Of a DNA stretch of 20,000 bases, positions 16,631 through 20,000 are shown piece by piece. Position 1 is the stretch's first letter. Every line of letters begins with the position of its first letter. A program made the position numbers and the translations under genes. Source of the stretch: an uncultured virus (IMG/VR IMGVR_UViG_3300025697_003303) (lineage: Duplodnaviria; Heunggongvirae; Uroviricota; Caudoviricetes); IMG/VR virus record IMGVR_UViG_3300025697_003303. One strand, written 5' to 3'. The notes under the pieces are model-generated. The model worked only from the letters and a program-made list of their open reading frames with translations, did not search any database and was not told the DNA's origin.

Positions 16631-16915
16631 TTACTCTAACTGAGCGTTGGGAAATCGGGTAACCTGTACGGTAACAGAGTAGCGTCTATCCACGACTGGT
16701 TCAGAAGTGCCATTCTGCTGAAGCGAAGTCACACAAAGTTCTCTAGCTTGAGCTATCAGTGCATTCGCAGCCGCTGCATTCGCAGGAGTAGCCTCAAAAT
16801 ATACAGTAGTGAATTTATTACCTTCAGCAGGATAGAATGTCGCCCGATCACGATTTTTAACATATCGAGAAGAGGCGGGAATTGTTTCTAGTTCTGGTGT
16901 TTCAAAATCTGCCAT
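16631..16915 (-). CDS. Hypothetical protein (94 aa)
   Basis: Strong SD AAAGGAG 7 nt upstream of the ATG; co-oriented. Confidence 0.8.
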   Translation of the reverse strand: MADFETPELETIPASSRYVKNRDRATFYPAEGNKFTTVYFEATPANAAAANALIAQARELCVTSLQQNGTSEPVVDRRYSVTVQVTRFPNAQLE

Positions 16916-17012
16916 TATATTACTCCTTTATATTTATATTTAAATTATATCTATCTATTTATTTTTCTAAGTTTGTATTCAATGGTTACTAATTTAACCA
17001 TAAATCGAATGA

Positions 17013-17264
17013 TTATAAACCATCTGCACTTAAATCACTTATAGATTCTACTAACGTTTTAAGAGCAAGATAAGACGAAAAGACTCCTGCTGATCTACTA
17101 CCTAGTTTAGTAAGAAATTCATCTTTACCGCCATTTTGGTCTGATAGATTTTTAAGGTCTACCAGAGACTTATTACATTCTCTAACTGCCCTAGATATAA
17201 TATTCACTGTTCGCCTAACAATTATTTGCTCTTCTGTTTCTGTAAGTTCTAAAAATTTAGCCAT
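17013..17264 (-). CDS. Hypothetical, probably helical, protein (83 aa)
   Basis: GAGG(A) SD 6-7 nt upstream of the ATG; follows a putative promoter. Confidence 0.8.
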   Translation of the reverse strand: MAKFLELTETEEQIIVRRTVNIISRAVRECNKSLVDLKNLSDQNGGKDEFLTKLGSRSAGVFSSYLALKTLVESISDLSADGL

Positions 17265-17308
17265 TATTTATCCTCTCATAATTAATATATAACTATTCTT
17301 ATTATTAA

Positions 17309-17336
17309 TTATCGATTTTTAAATGAAAATCCTTTA
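17309..17336 (-). promoter_or_regulatory. Putative bipartite promoter TAAAGGA-N15-CGATAA
   Basis: Intergenic, immediately after the stop of the large upstream gene; closest of the three copies to the sigma-28 pattern TAAA...GCCGATAA. Confidence 0.55.
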
Positions 17337-17337
17337 A

Positions 17338-20000
17338 TTAAAACGGGACAGCAAACGAAATCTTTACTGCATAACCCAAAGAAGAAACTTTAAACATATC
17401 ATAACCAAACGCCCAAATGTCATCTCCTACATATATAATTTTTTGCACAGAAGATAAATTTGTAGCTACCTTAGAATATGAAGAACCATTATATATATAG
17501 TAATCACCGTCACTCGTACCTCCAATATACTCAGAAGATTTAACAGCGACATCATTAAATTTTATACCAGACGATTCAGAGAGATTCCCTTCAACATCTA
17601 TTAAAGAGGTAGCAGCAGATTCAGTATAGAACGTAGAATTATCAAACCTCAGACCCTTATCTGTAGCCAATAATAATATATCGTTGTACGATTCTATTGC
17701 ATTAACTCTTATAGTCCCTAAAAACGAGTCTACAGTATTTGTTACTCCTCCATTTGTAAGTCTACCAGCAAAAACCCAATCTATGACATTCGTGCTATAA
17801 TATACATCCGCTCCATTTTTAATAGCAGTTAAATAGGTATCAGAATGCAACAATCTAACTTCACTATGAGAAAGCGTCTTTTCCCAATAACCATTAATTA
17901 AATTCTTATAATAAACTCCATTGTCTGTAGAGATAACGAAAAAGCCCCTAAACTGTAAAAACTGGAAGTACTTACCACTCAAACCTGGTAATTCTTCTTT
18001 ACTCCACGAGACTCCAAAATCACTACTTTTATATAAATTGTCGTCTGTAAGTATATATAAATCGTTATCATAAGATTTTATTTCTCTTATAAATTCTTCT
18101 TTGAGTCCGTTAAAGTTAAGAAGACTAAAACTATAATCAGCCGTTGATATAGAAATTACTCCGAGTTCACTTCCAACTAAAACTATATCTGATTCGCTAA
18201 CATATAAAACAGAAGTAGGATGACGAAAAATAAATCCCAAATCGTCTTGAACGACTTCTTCTTTATAGTCTACTGTTGAATTCAAAACATCATACCAATC
18301 ATCGTTATTTATAAGATTGTAATTAAGATTTGTAGTCGATGTCATCGGAAGAAAACATTCATCGAATTCTTCTTGTTCTCCGGGCCACTCTCTCTCAAAA
18401 AACAATCCCATCTTAAGCATATTAGTTTCATGAGTTTCTGCAAGAGATAAAGGAAGTCCTGAATTTATCTGTTGTAATTGATCATCTATCTCTCTATGAG
18501 TATTATCCCAGTCTCCCTCAAGAGAGCTATTCAAAAGATTAATAGTTAAAAAATCATACTTATTGTAAGAATCAAAGAAAGAAAAGAAACCATTAACAGC
18601 ATTAACGCTGACTTCTCCACTAGTATCAGAAGCTAAAACATCGGGGATATCTGGAACAATCTCATATTCTGACAGCATTTGAGAATATAAATCAAGTGGT
18701 ATTTTTTGATACTCAAATATAACAAAACTCTCTCCATCAATTTCTTCAACAGAAGCAAACCTTACTCTACCGTCAACATTTGAATAAACTACATTATATG
18801 CGTTCACACAATCTGATACATACGGCTGCAACTCATCTGTTCCATCTTCTTGCTCAGAAACAAGTAAATCTACCTTTTCATTAAACGTTTCTTGATCGTC
18901 TGATGCTTTTACTGAATTAGAGTCAAACTCTGTAAATTCATCAAACTCGACAGATAGCAAAGAGGCAACGACGTTAACATCTTCTCCAGTGACTTCTGAC
19001 AAAAGAACACCGTTTTTGTATATGTTTAGATCAGCATCATATCTACCATCTACCCACCCCTTGTCTCTAGCTCTATAAGTTTGATATTGATTAGCGACAG
19101 TAATAATAGAATCATGAGAGAGATAACGATCAAATCTCACAGTATTAGTCACCGTATAATATGTAAATCCTATACTCTGCATTTCGTAATCAACAAAAAC
19201 AGAAGGGATAAGAGGTGAGGTCTCTCCAAATACTCTTGATACGTTTTCTATATTAGTTCCAGAAAACACTTTAGCATCCGTTCCAATTATAATAGATGAA
19301 GAAGTAACATTTAAAGACGTAATAGGAACGTCTCTATGCGAAAAATTAATAGCAGGAATACTTTTCTCAAAAATAACTATAGAATCTGTATATATATTAT
19401 AACCACTAGTAGAAATCAATAATCCGATATCAGAAGTTATCCAAAGTCTACCATCAAAGACTTGAATTTTTCTAGCTAAAGAAGAACCTAACGATGATAT
19501 CGCCTCAAACGCATTATCGTCTACATGTTTTCTCCAAACGCTACTATTAGTAAGAGCAAATATATAACCAGAAGATTCTTCAATAATTTGCCAAATAATT
19601 TCATCTGTATCAATTTCGGAAATAATTTCCCAAGTAGAACCTCCATTAACGGTAGAGAATAATTTACTTTCACCAGATACTATAAGTCTATTTCTACTAC
19701 TGTCATTCCATATGGCAAATGCGTTAGATGTAAAAGCGTCTATCTGAGTTGTCTGTTCAAAATTCAGATATTCACCTAACGGATCTATCTCATCAAGCTT
19801 ATAAACTCCTCTATCTGTTGTTATATAAACATTATTGTCATCATCCTCAGAGATATCTCTTACAGCATATATACCATCTAGACCAAAACATTGAACCCAC
19901 GTTATTCCATCTCCGCTAGTATAAACAGATGTCCCAGTAAGAGCAAAATAACGTTCTACTGAGGCTGCATAATAAATTTTATGTGGAGCAGAGTCAGTTT
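17338..20000 (-). CDS. Large BNR/Asp-box beta-propeller protein, 5'-truncated by the window edge (at least 886 aa)
   Basis: Hand translation shows no stop from 19998 down to the track's TTG at 19419 (TDSAPHKIYYAAS...RLWITSDIGL). Asp-box-like motifs TSGDGITW, STVNGGSTW, KSSDFGVSW; repeated T/S-D-x-G-V/L turns. Confidence 0.85.
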   Translation of the reverse strand, partial: TDSAPHKIYYAASVERYFALTGTSVYTSGDGITWVQCFGLDGIYAVRDISEDDDNNVYITTDRGVYKLDEIDPLGEYLNFEQTTQIDAFTSNAFAIWNDSSRNRLIVSGESKLFSTVNGGSTWEIISEIDTDEIIWQIIEESSGYIFALTNSSVWRKHVDDNAFEAISSLGSSLARKIQVFDGRLWITSDIGLLISTSGYNIYTDSIVIFEKSIPAINFSHRDVPITSLNVTSSSIIIGTDAKVFSGTNIENVSRVFGETSPLIPSVFVDYEMQSIGFTYYTVTNTVRFDRYLSHDSIITVANQYQTYRARDKGWVDGRYDADLNIYKNGVLLSEVTGEDVNVVASLLSVEFDEFTEFDSNSVKASDDQETFNEKVDLLVSEQEDGTDELQPYVSDCVNAYNVVYSNVDGRVRFASVEEIDGESFVIFEYQKIPLDLYSQMLSEYEIVPDIPDVLASDTSGEVSVNAVNGFFSFFDSYNKYDFLTINLLNSSLEGDWDNTHREIDDQLQQINSGLPLSLAETHETNMLKMGLFFEREWPGEQEEFDECFLPMTSTTNLNYNLINNDDWYDVLNSTVDYKEEVVQDDLGFIFRHPTSVLYVSESDIVLVGSELGVISISTADYSFSLLNFNGLKEEFIREIKSYDNDLYILTDDNLYKSSDFGVSWSKEELPGLSGKYFQFLQFRGFFVISTDNGVYYKNLINGYWEKTLSHSEVRLLHSDTYLTAIKNGADVYYSTNVIDWVFAGRLTNGGVTNTVDSFLGTIRVNAIESYNDILLLATDKGLRFDNSTFYTESAATSLIDVEGNLSESSGIKFNDVAVKSSEYIGGTSDGDYYIYNGSSYSKVATNLSSVQKIIYVGDDIWAFGYDMFKVSSLGYAVKISFAVPF

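Noticed and set aside
16760..16785. 11-bp direct repeat TGCATTCGCAG
   Set aside because: Two copies inside a CDS encoding ANA...ANA; not a CRISPR repeat or att site.
16982..17001. Inverted repeat ATGGTTA-N6-TAACCAT just after the 83-aa gene
   Set aside because: The 7-bp stem is AT-rich and has no U-tract on the coding strand, so it is too weak to call a terminator; it occurs once, so an operator role is unsupported.
19417..19419. ORF-track start (TTG) for the 693-aa protein
   Set aside because: The frame is open to the window edge and continues the propeller repeats, so the real start lies outside the window.
1..20000. Stop-codon reassignment, CRISPR array, diversity-generating retroelement, tRNA/rRNA, intein
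   Set aside because: Genes are long and uninterrupted in the standard code, with TAA, TGA and TAG all used as stops. No spaced repeats, reverse transcriptase, template/variable repeat pair, RNA gene or intein motifs were seen by eye.

Overview
AT-rich window in which every credible gene lies on the minus strand, tightly packed, often overlapping at start/stop codons, and mostly preceded by Shine-Dalgarno-like sites. No cellular housekeeping genes, RNA genes, CRISPR arrays or mobile elements were recognised. The best reading, by inference, is part of the virion-structure region of a large tailed (possibly jumbo) prokaryotic virus. In transcription order (right to left): a 5'-truncated BNR/Asp-box beta-propeller protein of at least 886 aa, two small hypotheticals, two higher-GC beta-solenoid fibre-like genes, a CBM-like protein, a 2642-aa multidomain adhesin-like protein, two GT2 glycosyltransferases, a Myb-like HTH fused to a metallophosphoesterase, a Zn-ribbon protein and several hypotheticals, one missed by the ORF track. 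Most notable: (1) an apparently nested architecture in the 2642-aa protein, with a vWA domain split by about 1900 aa and a LamG domain inserted inside an FN3 domain; (2) a recurring intergenic bipartite motif AAAGGA-N15/16-YGAWWA plus an ATAGTTAT box; (3) a GT2 gene whose conserved N-terminus has no canonical start codon. All domain calls come from reading motifs by eye, not from database searches.
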